A DNA stretch of 63,389 nt, filler included, from Licmophora abbreviata (taxonomy: Eukaryota), in the NCBI GenBank assembly GCA_900291995.1. It is 20 parts of 20 records of this genome, joined end to end, with 100 filler letters (N's around TTAATTAATTAA, not from the genome) between each part and the next. Parts side by side here need not be neighbours in the genome. Positions count along the whole stretch, not along the records: positions 21,975 to 24,435 come from OLMU01002895.1; positions 24,536 to 28,098 come from OLMU01002896.1; positions 28,199 to 29,515 come from OLMU01002897.1; positions 29,616 to 32,371 come from OLMU01002898.1; positions 32,472 to 33,957 come from OLMU01002900.1; 15 more parts are not named here. One strand, 5' to 3'. Under the pieces are notes generated by a model. It saw only the letters and a program-made list of their open reading frames with translations. It had not been told where the DNA came from and ran no database searches. This document shows positions 22,207-33,255 of the stretch, one piece after another (within the stretch, counting starts at the first letter, position 1; every line of letters begins with the position of its first letter). The translations under genes and the position numbers were made by a program.

Positions 22207-22884
22207 ATGAAAATCGGAATTCTGCAGACCGGACACGCCATCGACATCCTGCGCCGGGAACTGGGCGATTATGATGCGATGTTCGCGCGGCTGCTGGACG
22301 GGCACGGCTTCACGTTCGAGACATGGAACGTGGTGGATGAGGACTATCCCGACAGGCCGTCCGAGGCGGATGGCTGGCTGATCACCGGGTCCAAGCATGG
22401 CGCCTACGAGGATCACCCGTGGATCCCGCCTCTGGAGCAGTTCATCCGCGACGTATACGATGCAGGACGGCCCCTTGTGGGGGTGTGCTTCGGGCATCAG
22501 ATCATCGCGCAGGCGCTTGGCGGCAAGGTCGTCAAGTTTCCCGGCGGGTGGGCCATCGGGCGCACGGTCTATGACATCGAAGGCCAGAAGATCGCGCTGA
22601 ACGCCTGGCATCAGGATCAGGTCGTGAGCCTGCCCGAAGGCGCGCAGGTGATCGGCTCGAACGACTTTTGCGCCAATGCCGCCCTGCTTTATGGCAACCG
22701 GATCTACACAATTCAGCCACATCCCGAATTCGGCGCCCATATCATCGGCCAGCTGATCGAGCATCGTGGCCCCGGCGTGGTCCCCGACACCCAACTGTCA
22801 CAGGCGCAGACGCGCCTCGATGCGCCCGTCGCCAATGACGTGATCGGCCGCCGCATCGCCGAATTCTTCAAGCAGGAGCGCTGA
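22207..22884 (+). CDS. Type 1 glutamine amidotransferase
   Basis: ITGS, GVCFGHQ nucleophile elbow, HQDQV, QPHPEF. Confidence 0.92.
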   Translation: MKIGILQTGHAIDILRRELGDYDAMFARLLDGHGFTFETWNVVDEDYPDRPSEADGWLITGSKHGAYEDHPWIPPLEQFIRDVYDAGRPLVGVCFGHQIIAQALGGKVVKFPGGWAIGRTVYDIEGQKIALNAWHQDQVVSLPEGAQVIGSNDFCANAALLYGNRIYTIQPHPEFGAHIIGQLIEHRGPGVVPDTQLSQAQTRLDAPVANDVIGRRIAEFFKQER

Positions 22885-22886
22885 TC

Positions 22887-24248
22887 ATGGCGGATGACTG
22901 GACCGACTCACTGCCCGAAGCCGCCAAGGCCTATCTCGAAGGGCGCAGGCTCGACGAGGTGGAATGCGTGATCGCCGATCTTCCCGGCATCGCCCGGGGC
23001 AAGGCCGTGCCCGCCTCGAAATTCGCGCGGCAAAAGCATTTCCACCTGCCCGATTCGATCTTCTACCAGACCATCACCGGCGACTGGGGCGAGGCCGCGG
23101 GCGAGGAAGGTTTCATCGAACGCGACATGATCCTGCGCCCCGACATGTCCACCGCCACCGCCGCCCCCTGGACCGGGGACTGGACCCTTCAGGTGATCCA
23201 CGACGCCTATGACCGTGACGACAAGCCGATCCCCTTCGCGCCGCGCAACGTGCTCAAGCGGGTGGTCGCCCTCTATCACAAGCACGGCATGAAGCCGATC
23301 GTCGCCCCCGAGATGGAGTTCTTTCTCGTCGCCCGAAACCTCGATCCCGCCAAGGCGATCGAGCCGATGATGGGCCGCTCGGGCCGTCCTGCCGCCGCGC
23401 GTCAGGCCTATTCGATGACCGCCGTGGACGAGTTCGGTCCGGTGATCGACGACATCTACGACTTTGCCGAAGCGCAGGGCTTCGAGATCGACGGCATCAC
23501 CCAGGAAGGCGGCGCGGGACAGCTGGAAATCAACCTGCGCCACGGCGATCCGGTGAAGCTCGCCGACGAGGTGTTCTATTTCAAGCGCCTGATCCGCGAA
23601 GCCGCCCTCAAACATGATTGTTTCGCCACCTTCATGGCCAAACCGATCGAGGACGAGCCGGGCAGCTCCATGCATCTGCACCATTCGATCCTTGACCCCC
23701 AGACCGGCCGCAACCTCTTTGTCGGCCCGCAGGGCGGCGAAACGGACGCCTTCTATCACTTCATCGGCGGGCTGCAGAAACACCTGCCCGACGCGATCGC
23801 CGTGATGGCGCCCTACGTCAACTCCTACCGCCGCTACGTCAAGGATCACGCCGCCCCGATCAACCTCGCCTGGGCGCGCGACAACCGCACCACCGGCATC
23901 CGCGTGCCGCTCTCCCCGCCCGAGGCGCGCCGGATCGAAAACCGCATGGCCGGCATGGATTGCAACCCCTACCTGGGGATCGCGGTCAGCCTCGCCTGTG
24001 GCCTTCTGGGCATGCTCAACGAAACCCGCCCCGATCCGCAGTTCAAGGGTGACGCCTATGAGGGCGAGCCGGACATCCCCCGCGTTCTGGGCGAGGCGCT
24101 CGACATGTTCGAAGCGGCGACCGATCTGCACGAGATCCTCGGCCCCGACTTCGCGCGCGTGTATTCGATCATCAAACGCGCCGAATACGAGGAATTCCTG
24201 CAAGTCATCAGCCCGTGGGAGCGTGAACACCTGCTGATGAACGTCTGA
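22887..24248 (+). CDS. Glutamine synthetase-family protein (PuuA-like)
   Basis: DLPGIARGK, APEMEF, EGGAGQLEIN, FMAKP..PGSSMHLH, NSYRR, DNRT, RIENR, NPYL. Confidence 0.92.
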   Translation: MADDWTDSLPEAAKAYLEGRRLDEVECVIADLPGIARGKAVPASKFARQKHFHLPDSIFYQTITGDWGEAAGEEGFIERDMILRPDMSTATAAPWTGDWTLQVIHDAYDRDDKPIPFAPRNVLKRVVALYHKHGMKPIVAPEMEFFLVARNLDPAKAIEPMMGRSGRPAAARQAYSMTAVDEFGPVIDDIYDFAEAQGFEIDGITQEGGAGQLEINLRHGDPVKLADEVFYFKRLIREAALKHDCFATFMAKPIEDEPGSSMHLHHSILDPQTGRNLFVGPQGGETDAFYHFIGGLQKHLPDAIAVMAPYVNSYRRYVKDHAAPINLAWARDNRTTGIRVPLSPPEARRIENRMAGMDCNPYLGIAVSLACGLLGMLNETRPDPQFKGDAYEGEPDIPRVLGEALDMFEAATDLHEILGPDFARVYSIIKRAEYEEFLQVISPWEREHLLMNV

Positions 24249-24271
24249 TCCGCCATGCGCGCGCCTTCGCC

Positions 24272-25560
24272 ATGAACCTGCTCTTCGCCAATGACCGTCA
24301 GGGGCAGTACCCGTCCAGCTGGTATGCCGCCACCGCCACGCCGCTTGCGCCCTTCGATCCGCTGCGCGGTCAACTCAAGGCGGATGTCTGCATCATCGGT
24401 GCGGGCTATACCGGGCTGTCGGCGGCCCTGCATCTNNNNNNNNNNNNNNNNNNNNNNNNNNNNNNNNNNNNNNNNNNNNTTAATTAATTAANNNNNNNNN
24501 NNNNNNNNNNNNNNNNNNNNNNNNNNNNNNNNNNNCTCGAACGGCTGGTGGCAAGGACGACGCGGCGAAACTCTGGGATCTGGCCGAAGACGCCAAGGCG
24601 CTGGTCAAATCCCTGATTTCCCGGCACGGGATCGACTGCCATCTCAAACCCGGCATCGCGCATATGTGCTTTTCGGCCCGCGACGTGGCCGAGGAACACG
24701 CTTACGCCGATCATCTGGCTGCGCAGTACGGCTACACCGCTCTGGAAAAGCTGGATCGCGATGCGGCGCAGACGCTCTGCCCGTCGCCGCGATACATGGG
24801 CGGCACGCTCGATACGGGCGCCGCACATCTGCACCCGCTCTCTTATGCGCTCGGACTGGCGCGCGCGGCGCAAGCGGCCGGCGTTCGCATCCATGAGAAC
24901 ACGCTCGTCAGCCAGATCGACAGGGGCACCCCCGCCCGCGTGCAGACGGATCGCGGCGCGGTGACGGCAGATCACGTGATCCTTGCCTGCAACGGCTATC
25001 TCGGGGGCCTCGATGCCCGCGTGGCCGCGCGCGTCATGCCGATCAACAATTTCATCGCCGCCACCGAACCGCTCGGACCAGAGGCCGCCCGCGTCCTGAC
25101 CCGTGACATCGCCGTGGCCGATACGAAATTCGTGGTGAACTATTTCCGCCTGAGCCATGACAACCGGCTCTTGTTCGGCGGCGGCGAAAGCTATGGCTAC
25201 CGCTTTCCCGATATTGATGCCACCGTGCGCAAACCCATGTCCGAGATCTTCCCGCATCTGCGCGATATCCGCTTCGACTATACTTGGGGCGGCACCTTGG
25301 CGATCACCATGCGCCGGATGCCCTATCTTGCGCGGCTGGCACCCAACATCCTGTCCGCCTCGGGCTATTCGGGGCATGGCGTCGGCACCGCCACCCATGC
25401 CGGCAAGCTGATGGCCGACGCCATCGTCGGCCAATCCGCAGGGTTCGACACCCTTTGCCGTGTGCCTGCCCCGCGCTTTCCGGGCGGCTCTGCGCTGCGC
25501 GCACCACTGCTGGCGCTGGCGATGACATGGTATGCGACGCGCGACAGATTGGGCATCTGA
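24272..25560 (+). CDS. FAD-dependent oxidoreductase (PuuB/DAO family), split by linker
   Basis: DVCIIGAGYTGLSAA, LHPL.YALGLA, GYSGHGV, FPGG. Confidence 0.88.
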
Positions 25561-25924
25561 GCCTCCGCTCGCCCCACCAGATCCCCGGATCAACGCCGAA
25601 CGCGACGCCCCAAAATCCGAAAAAATCCGCTCACACGGACCTCATGCCGACGTGTCCAGGATGTGAACGATAGCCCCCATATCGCCCCGCAAGGGGCCGG
25701 GCACATGCCGCGCCACCGGGCGGCACCACCTGATGATCTCGTCATAGAAGGGACTTTCGCATAGCAGCTCCGATCACGAACGGATCGCACACCTCTCACA
25801 CCCCCGAGAGGCCGCCCCCGATCACGTGCCACCTCACCTGTCCGTGTTCAATTCGTGTTTTGCAACAACAGCTTAGCAAGCACATCTTCCGGTCATCGCA
25901 ACCGAAACCAAAAGGAAAAACGAC

Positions 25925-26287
25925 ATGACCAAGTTTGCAAACACACCCGCCCGCAGCGCCCTCGCCATCGTCCTCGGGGCCACCCTGACCGTGGCGGCCC
26001 TGCCCGCCGCCGCCAGCCAGATCACCGAGGTGGAGCGCCTGCCAATGCAGATCAGCAAAGCCGAGTTCCAGTCGCTCAGCGCGCCCGAACTCTACGAGAT
26101 CGACATCGCCCAAAAGCGCGGCCAGCGCGTCCAGATCGGTGATTACAGCCTGTCCCAAAGCCAGGCGGTCGTCGATGAAGCCCTGAACATCCAGAGCGGC
26201 GACACCGTCTCGCGCAACCGCGCAGACGCCTCGGGCAGCCGCACCGCTGCGCCGATCTTCCCCGAAACCGCCCCCAATCCGCGGTAA
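25925..26287 (+). CDS. Hypothetical secreted protein (120 aa)
   Basis: Strong RBS aaggaaa, host-like codon usage, signal peptide ending ALPAAA, downstream hairpin at 26324-26346. Confidence 0.75.
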   Translation: MTKFANTPARSALAIVLGATLTVAALPAAASQITEVERLPMQISKAEFQSLSAPELYEIDIAQKRGQRVQIGDYSLSQSQAVVDEALNIQSGDTVSRNRADASGSRTAAPIFPETAPNPR

Positions 26288-26459
26288 ACCCTGCACCCGC
26301 AGGACATCCCCCAACTCTCGGCGCGGGCGCCCCTTTCGGGCGCCCGTTGCCATGCCCGGCATGTCCCGGCCAAGAAACCCCTGTCACAGAAATTTCGCTT
26401 GGGCGGCACGGGCATTTGGTTTAGCTTTCCCGAAATCAAACTTCAGGAAAGCCGAACAT

Positions 26460-27671
26460 ATGTCGCTCACACCGAATGTCTACGATGCCGAGCCCATTCC
26501 CGATGCCGCCCGCGCCGAGATCGACCGCATGCTGCAATCGGGCGACCTTTTCCGCTACACCGCCCCCCACGACTCCCCCGTCGCCCTGCTCGAGCGTGAC
26601 TTCGCCCGGACCATGGGCAGCCGCTATGCGCTAGCGGTCTCGTCTTGTTCGGCCGCACTTTTCCTGTCGCTCAAGGCGCTTGGCCTGCCGCGCGATGCGC
26701 GGGTGCTGATCCCCGCCTTCACCTTCGCCGCGGTGCCCTCGTCGGTGGTCCATGCCGATTGCATCCCCGTGCTTTGCGACGTGGGCGACAATTACCGCAT
26801 CGACCTTGACGATTTCGAAGCCAAGCTCGATGGCGTGCAGGCAGTGCTCATCAGCCATATGCGCGGCCATACCAGCGACATGGACGCGATCATGGCACTG
26901 TGCGACGCGCGCGGCCTTCCGGTGATCGAGGATGCGGCCCATTCGCTCGGCACCACATGGTCCGGACGCAATATCGGCACGATCGGCCGCGTCGGCTGTT
27001 TCAGCTTCCAATCCTACAAGCTCGTCAATGCCGGCGAAGGCGGCATCATGATCACCCACGATCCCGATCTGGTGGCTCGCGCCGTCATCATGTCCGGCGC
27101 CTATGAGCATAACTGGGCCAAGCACATCACAACGCAGGACGACGCCCTGAGCGCCGCGTTCGAGACATGGCAGAACCGCCTGCCGCTCTACAATCTGCGC
27201 ATGAACAACCTGTCTGCGGCAATCATCCGCCCGCAACTGGCCGAAATTCCCCGCCGCGTTGTCGACGGGCGCGCCAATCACGATCATGTCGCGTCCCGCC
27301 TCAATGGCTGCCAATGGCTTCAGGTCCCCGCCAAGCTCGACAATGAGCAACGCGCCCCCGATTCCATCCAGTTCAATCTCGTGGGTCTGAGCGATGACGA
27401 AACCCGCGCCTTCGCCAGCGCCGCCGCGGCGCGCGGGGTCAAGGTGCAGATCTTCGGACTATCCACCGACAATGCGCGCGCCTTCTGGAACTGGCGCTTC
27501 CTGCCCGAGGCGCCGGGCGAGCTGCCGGGCACACGGGCGATGCTGATGCGCGCCTGCGACACGCGCCTGCCCGCCCGCCTGACCCGCCCCGAACTCGACG
27601 TGATCGCCGACGCGCTGATCGCAGCAGCGCATGACGTGATGGGCGCGGACGCGCTCGCCTACGGCACCTGA
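26460..27671 (+). CDS. DegT/DnrJ/EryC1/StrS family PLP aminotransferase
   Basis: VLIPAFTF, VIEDAAHSLG, FSFQSYK...GEGG. Confidence 0.92.
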   Translation: MSLTPNVYDAEPIPDAARAEIDRMLQSGDLFRYTAPHDSPVALLERDFARTMGSRYALAVSSCSAALFLSLKALGLPRDARVLIPAFTFAAVPSSVVHADCIPVLCDVGDNYRIDLDDFEAKLDGVQAVLISHMRGHTSDMDAIMALCDARGLPVIEDAAHSLGTTWSGRNIGTIGRVGCFSFQSYKLVNAGEGGIMITHDPDLVARAVIMSGAYEHNWAKHITTQDDALSAAFETWQNRLPLYNLRMNNLSAAIIRPQLAEIPRRVVDGRANHDHVASRLNGCQWLQVPAKLDNEQRAPDSIQFNLVGLSDDETRAFASAAAARGVKVQIFGLSTDNARAFWNWRFLPEAPGELPGTRAMLMRACDTRLPARLTRPELDVIADALIAAAHDVMGADALAYGT

Positions 27672-28731
27672 ACGCCCTGCAACACCGTCATGTGCCCTTC
27701 GAGGAACGGATATTCCGCAATCGCAGGCCCCACGATGCGCTCCTGCAGGATCGGGCGCAGCGTGGCGGCCACTTGCGCCGGCATCTCGCCCAGGATGTCC
27801 TTGCGCGCAGTCAGCGATATGGTGCGTGAAATCGGCTCGAATGGCAGTTCCAGGACGTCGATCTGATCGGCGAACCGCCGCGCCCGCATCAGTGCAAGCG
27901 GCGGCAGGATCGTCCAGCCCGCCCCCTGCCCGACCAGCGCAAGGATCGCATGATAGCTGTCGATCTCGAAGCGATGGCGCAGCGCAAGATTCTGTCGGAT
28001 CAGATGCGCGCTCACCAGCCGCCCCATGTAATGCCGCTGCGTGTATTGCACCAGCGGCATGCGCTTGAGTTGCCGCAAGCACATCCTTGTCCGCCCTGNN
28101 NNNNNNNNNNNNNNNNNNNNNNNNNNNNNNNNNNNNNNNNNNTTAATTAATTAANNNNNNNNNNNNNNNNNNNNNNNNNNNNNNNNNNNNNNNNNNNNGG
28201 CACCACCGCGACAAACCCCTCGCGCAGCACCGGGTGCACCTCGGCCCAGTCCCCGCCAGCCCCCAGATCCGCCGCCACGATCACATCCAGCGCCCGCTGA
28301 TCCAGCAGATCGAACAGCGCATGGCTGGCACCCGTCTCCAGCAGAAACTGGCAGCCCCTCAACTCTTCAGCCATATGGGTCAACAGCTGCGGGGTCACAT
28401 CGGCTTCGAAATCCTCGATCATGCCCAGCCGGAACCGCGTCAGCATCGACAGATCCGACATCGCCAGTTCCGCCCGCGCCTGCGCCGCCTCGTTCAGGAT
28501 CACCAGCGCGTGCCGCTTCATGATCTCGCCCGCAGGCGTCAGCCGCACGGGCCGCGCATTGCGCTGCAACAGCGTGGCCCCGACCGCGCTTTCCAGATTG
28601 GTCAATTGCTGGCTCACCGCCGAAGGGCTGGCCCCCAACCGCTTGGCCGCCGCCGAGATCGACCGCTCATCGGCCGCCGCCATGAACACCTCGATGCCCC
28701 ACAGGGTGATCCGGCCCGGACTGTCGACCAT
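27659..28731 (-). CDS. LysR-family transcriptional regulator, split by linker 28099-28198
   Basis: N-terminal HTH SISAAAKRLGASPSAVSQQLTNLE...LTPAG; C-terminal LALVGQGAGWTILP. Confidence 0.9.
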
Positions 28732-28744
28732 GCGCCGCCCCGCC

Positions 28745-29329
28745 CTATTTGTTGAGCTTCGACAGCTTGTCCTGCAGCTCTGATAATTGCTTGCGGATCT
28801 CGTCCAGATCCTCGCCCTTCTCAGGGGCAGCCGTCGGCTTGGGCGTGCCTTCGTCCTTGGCCACAGGCCCGGTGTTCATGCTGGACAGCCCGCCCATGCC
28901 GCCAGTCATCGCCTTCATGAAGGCTTCCTGCTGCGCGCGCATCGCCTCCATGCCGGGCATATTCGCGAGCGGGTTGGCCTTGGTCATGTTCTCCATCATC
29001 GCCGATTGCCCCTCGCGCAGCATCTCGAAGCTCGCGGCAAGGAATTCCGGCACAACGCTGGTGGCCTGCGTGGTATAGCTGCGCACAAGGTCGGTCAGCA
29101 CGCTGATCGGCAGCACGCTTTCGCCCTTGCTTTCGTGCTCGGCCACGATCTGCAGCAGATATTGCCGCGTCAGGTCGTCCCCGGATTTCAAATCGATGAT
29201 CTGCACTTCTCGCCCGTCGCGGATGAACTCCGCGATATCTTCCAGCGTCACGTAATCCGAAGTCTCGGTATTATAGAGCCGCCGGCTGGCGTAGCGTTTG
29301 ATCAGCAGAGGCTTGTCTGTCTCGGCCAC
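28745..29329 (-). CDS. phaR: Polyhydroxyalkanoate synthesis repressor
   Basis: IKRYASRRLYNTETSDYVTLEDI, DDLTRQYLLQI; pha cluster context. Confidence 0.95.
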   Translation of the reverse strand: MAETDKPLLIKRYASRRLYNTETSDYVTLEDIAEFIRDGREVQIIDLKSGDDLTRQYLLQIVAEHESKGESVLPISVLTDLVRSYTTQATSVVPEFLAASFEMLREGQSAMMENMTKANPLANMPGMEAMRAQQEAFMKAMTGGMGGLSSMNTGPVAKDEGTPKPTAAPEKGEDLDEIRKQLSELQDKLSKLNK

Positions 29330-29385
29330 GGCTCGGTCCTCCCGATGTTTTCAGCGCTGCAGCAAACCTTATGCGACCGCAGAAC

Positions 29386-29420
29386 AAAAAGAAAGGGCGA
29401 GCCGCACTGGGCTCACCCTT
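29386..29420 (-). terminator. Intrinsic terminator after phaP
   Basis: Minus strand aagggtgagcc...ggctcgccctttctttttg. Confidence 0.7.
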
Positions 29421-29475
29421 GTCATACAGACCCTTTCAGGGAGGGAGGATCGGGCCGTATGTTCCGTCCGCGCGC

Positions 29476-30041
29476 TTACTTGGCGGCGGTGGCTTTCTTG
29501 GCAGCCGATGTCACGNNNNNNNNNNNNNNNNNNNNNNNNNNNNNNNNNNNNNNNNNNNNTTAATTAATTAANNNNNNNNNNNNNNNNNNNNNNNNNNNNN
29601 NNNNNNNNNNNNNNNCTTGGCAGCCGATGTCACGTCATCGGTGGCTTTCTTGACGGCTTTGGCTGCATCTTCCTGCAGGTCCTTGCCGGCGGCCATCATC
29701 AGTTCGACGGTGTCCATCTGAACTTTCTTGGCGATTTCGGCGAAGGCGGCCATGTTCTCGGCGGCCACTTCGGCATTGGCCGATGCGAAATCGGTCATCG
29801 CCTTGGCGTAATCGGCAGGCTCGGCTTTCGCCTTGGTCATGTCCGACATCTTCGCGAGGGTCTCTTTGGTCCACTTGCTGGAGATCTCGGCCGACTTCTC
29901 GGCAGCTTCCAGAGCGACACCCGACAGCTTCTCGCTTAGAGCGGCTTGGTTCTTGAAGGCGTCTTCCATCGATTTGGTGTCGACGGGGAACGCGCCCATG
30001 ATGTCTTTCATCACGGTGCTGAAATCTTGTGTTTTAGCCAT
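29476..30041 (-). CDS. phaP: Phasin; linker inserted with a duplicated overlap
   Basis: Ala/Lys-rich helical protein between phaC and phaR. cttggcagccgatgtcacg occurs on both sides of the linker and merges to ..DVTSAAKKATAAK*. Confidence 0.88.
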
Positions 30042-30106
30042 GGTTTTGTCCTCAGGTCTGGATTGGAACGGGAACACCCCGTTTCTCTGCAACTGCAAAC
30101 AATATG

Positions 30107-30154
30107 AATGCTGCAGTGCAGAAAATCAACCCCTTATTGCTGCACTGCAGCATT
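30107..30154. promoter_or_regulatory. PhaR operator pair upstream of phaP
   Basis: Perfect 15-bp inverted repeat aatgctgcagtgcag / ctgcactgcagcatt; each arm contains CTGC-N3-GCAG. Confidence 0.78.
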
Positions 30155-30173
30155 TTCTGAGAACGCAATAAAA

Positions 30174-31982
30174 TCAAAGCTTTGCCTTCACCCGCACATA
30201 GGTACCCGGTGCCGACGCCAGCGGGGGATGCTCCGAATCGCCAGGTTCCCTTGCGTCAACCTTCTTGCCCGAGCGTGTGCTCAGCCAGGCGTCCCACCGT
30301 GGCCACCACGACCCTTCGTGAAACCGCGCGCCCTCCATCCAGTCCGCGGCCTGACCGCTCAGATCGTCATTCGTGTAATGGCCGTATTTCTTCTTGGTGG
30401 GCGGATTGACGATCCCTGCGATATGGCCCGATTGCGACACAAGGAAGGTCTTGTCCTTTGAACCGACCTTCTGAAACCCGCGATAACAGTCTTTCCAGGG
30501 TGCGATATGATCGGTCTCGCAGGTCACCGACATGACCGGCACCTTCACATCGCTGATCCGCAGCGTCTCGCCGCAGATCTCGTAGCCCTCATTGACGAAT
30601 TCGTTCTTCTGACACAGCCCGCGCAGATACTCGACCGTCATCCGCCCCGGCAGGTTCGCCCCGTCCCCGTTCCAATACAGCAGATCGAAGGCAGGCGGCG
30701 CCTCGCCCATCATGTATTTGCGCACCGCCGGCTGATAGATCAGGTCATTGGAGCGCAGGAAAGACATGGTCCGCGACATGATGAACGACCGCAAAACACC
30801 CTTTTCCGCGACCTCTTTCTCAATGCCGGTCACGAAATCATCCTGCAGAAAAGGCGTGAACTCGCCCTGTTCCGAAAAATCGGTCAGCGCGGTGAAGAAG
30901 GTCGCGGATTTCACCGATGTGTCGCCGCGCTTGGCCATCAGAGCCAGCGTCAGATGCAGCGTGGTGCCCGCGATGCAATAGCCCACGGCATTCACCTGTT
31001 TCGTGCCGCAGATCGCCTTGGCCTCGTGGATCGCGGTCAGGAACCCCTCCTCGATGTACTCCTCCAGACCCACATCGGCATAGCTTGCATCGGGATTGAT
31101 CCAGCTGACCACGAACAGCGTGTAGCCCTGTTCGGTGATCCACTTGATGAGACTGTTTTCCGGCTTCAGATCCAGCACGTAATACTTGTTGATCCAGGGC
31201 GGGAAGATCACCAGCGGGATCTCGTGCACCTTCTCCGTCGTGGGCGCATATTGGATGATCTCCATCATCCCGTTGCGATAGACCACCTCACCGGGGGTCG
31301 TGGCGATGTTGCCGCCCAGCTCGAACGCGCTTTCATCCGCCAGCCGAACCAGCATCTCGCCATTATTGGCCTCCAGATCGGCCACTAGGTTCTCAAGCCC
31401 GCGCACTAGGCTTTCGCCCTCGGTTTCCACCGCCTTTTCCAGCGCATCGGGATTGGTGCCCAGAAAATTCGTGGGGCTCATCATGTCGACGATCTGCCGC
31501 GCGAAATAGTTGAGCCGTTTCTTTTCCACCGGATCAAGATCATCGACCTCCTGCACCGCCTCCTCGATGGCGCGGGCATTGAGCGCATATTGATGCTTGA
31601 TGTAGTGAAAGAAAGGATGCGTGTTCCACAGCGGGTTGGCAAAGCGCTTGTCGCCCTTCAGCGGATCATCCCCCGCCTCGTCGGGGGCGTGCGGCCTGTG
31701 CCCCTGCACCAGTTGCTGCTGCGCCTCCATGAAGTGGCGCACCGACTGCCCCCAATATTCCAGCTGCCGCTCGTAAAGCTTGCCGGGATTTTCCACCATC
31801 TCCGCCCAATAGGACGCCGCCGCCTTGGCGAACAGCTCCTGTGAGGGCGAATCGAGCGTGGGATTCGCCGGATTTCGCGCCGAAAGCGCCGCGATGAGAC
31901 GCTGTGACAACTCTTCGACCCGTGCGAGATTCTCGGCCATTTTGTCGAGATTTTCGCCAGCGGTCTCCTCTTTCGTTGTCAT
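30174..31982 (-). CDS. phaC: Class I PHA synthase
   Basis: PPWINKYYVLDL, lipase box GYCIAG, DLLYWNGD, DHIAPW, SGHIAG, SWWPRW, APGTYV. Confidence 0.97.
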   Translation of the reverse strand: MTTKEETAGENLDKMAENLARVEELSQRLIAALSARNPANPTLDSPSQELFAKAAASYWAEMVENPGKLYERQLEYWGQSVRHFMEAQQQLVQGHRPHAPDEAGDDPLKGDKRFANPLWNTHPFFHYIKHQYALNARAIEEAVQEVDDLDPVEKKRLNYFARQIVDMMSPTNFLGTNPDALEKAVETEGESLVRGLENLVADLEANNGEMLVRLADESAFELGGNIATTPGEVVYRNGMMEIIQYAPTTEKVHEIPLVIFPPWINKYYVLDLKPENSLIKWITEQGYTLFVVSWINPDASYADVGLEEYIEEGFLTAIHEAKAICGTKQVNAVGYCIAGTTLHLTLALMAKRGDTSVKSATFFTALTDFSEQGEFTPFLQDDFVTGIEKEVAEKGVLRSFIMSRTMSFLRSNDLIYQPAVRKYMMGEAPPAFDLLYWNGDGANLPGRMTVEYLRGLCQKNEFVNEGYEICGETLRISDVKVPVMSVTCETDHIAPWKDCYRGFQKVGSKDKTFLVSQSGHIAGIVNPPTKKKYGHYTNDDLSGQAADWMEGARFHEGSWWPRWDAWLSTRSGKKVDAREPGDSEHPPLASAPGTYVRVKAKL

Positions 31983-32005
31983 ATGAATGGATTCCTTTTA
32001 GTTTT

Positions 32006-32016
32006 CTGCTATGCAG
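32006..32016. promoter_or_regulatory. Candidate PhaR box in the phaC/phaZ divergent region
   Basis: CTGC-tat-GCAG. Confidence 0.55.
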
Positions 32017-32084
32017 CATAGCGTCGGCTGTTCGGAGGGGACAGTGCGGCGAATGGAACCGGCACGCCCCGGCACAAGGAGACG

Positions 32085-32371
32085 ATGATGCGGTACATGA
32101 TCACCTACGATTGGATGGAAACCCTCCGAAATACAAATCAATGGTTGGGCGCAACGGCACTTTCCGTCGCATCCTACCCAATTTTCGCGATGACGCCAAA
32201 CCCTGCGCTGCAATGGATGGCCGCCTGGGGCGAGGTTACGGAACGCACATTCCAGCGAATCGTCACCAAGCCCGACTGGGGAATCGAATCGATCACCGGC
32301 GAGGATGGGCGCGACCACCTCATCAATGTCGAAACCGTCGTCGAACGCCCCTTCGGCAACCTGATCCACTT
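32085..32371 (+). CDS. phaZ: Intracellular PHA depolymerase, 3'-truncated
   Basis: Divergent from phaC; KPDWGI...VERPFGNLIH N-terminal pattern. Confidence 0.85.
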
Positions 32372-32471
32372 NNNNNNNNNNNNNNNNNNNNNNNNNNNNN
32401 NNNNNNNNNNNNNNNTTAATTAATTAANNNNNNNNNNNNNNNNNNNNNNNNNNNNNNNNNNNNNNNNNNNN

Positions 32472-33169
32472 GGCTGCTCCAGCCATGCCCGCAGCGCGCC
32501 CGTCGTCGCCTCGGGCTGTTCCAGCTGCGGCAGATGCCCCGCGCCCGCAATCACCTCGAGCCTCGCATAGGGGATCAGCCCGGCCATGAACTCATGGCGT
32601 TTGGGCGGCATCAGCAGATCCTCGGCACCGCACATGACAAGGGTCGGCACCTTGCAGCGCCGGAGTGTCAGCTGATAATCGCGCCGCCGCTGCATGGACC
32701 GAAGCTGCCGGATGATCCCGCCCTCGCCCACCCGCTCGGCCATCGCCAGAAGCTGCGCCCGCACTGTCGACCGCCCTGCCCCGGAAGCCAGCGATGCCGA
32801 CGGCACCAGCGCCTCCACCGCCTCCTGCAGGCGCCCGGATTTCAGCTTGATGATCGCAGGCTCGTAATCCGCCGCCGCCTGCGGCGTCTCGGCCAGAGGG
32901 CTTGTGTCCATCAACGCGATCCGGCTCACCCGTTCGGGCGCGCGGCGCAGGATCTCCATCGCGACCATGCCCCCCATCGAATGACCCACCAGCGCAAAGC
33001 GCGGCGGCAGCACATGCATCAGCGCCGAGGCGACCTCTTCAAGCCGCTCCCCATGACTGACCGGCACCACGCAAACCGGATAATCCGGGCTGAACGCGGC
33101 AATCTGGCCTGCGAACACCTCGGCATCGCACATCAAGCCCGGCAAGAACACCAACGGGTCACGCATCAC
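32472..33169 (-). CDS. Alpha/beta fold hydrolase, 3' end at linker
   Basis: FLPGLMCD, GHSMGG, CGAED, GAGHL. Confidence 0.88.
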
Positions 33170-33255
33170 ATCCGGTCCTTTTCAAAACTGTGCCTGTCCG
33201 CTCACCTTGCCACAGGGCCACGCCGGGTCAAGCGCTGCGGATCACCACGGCGCGC

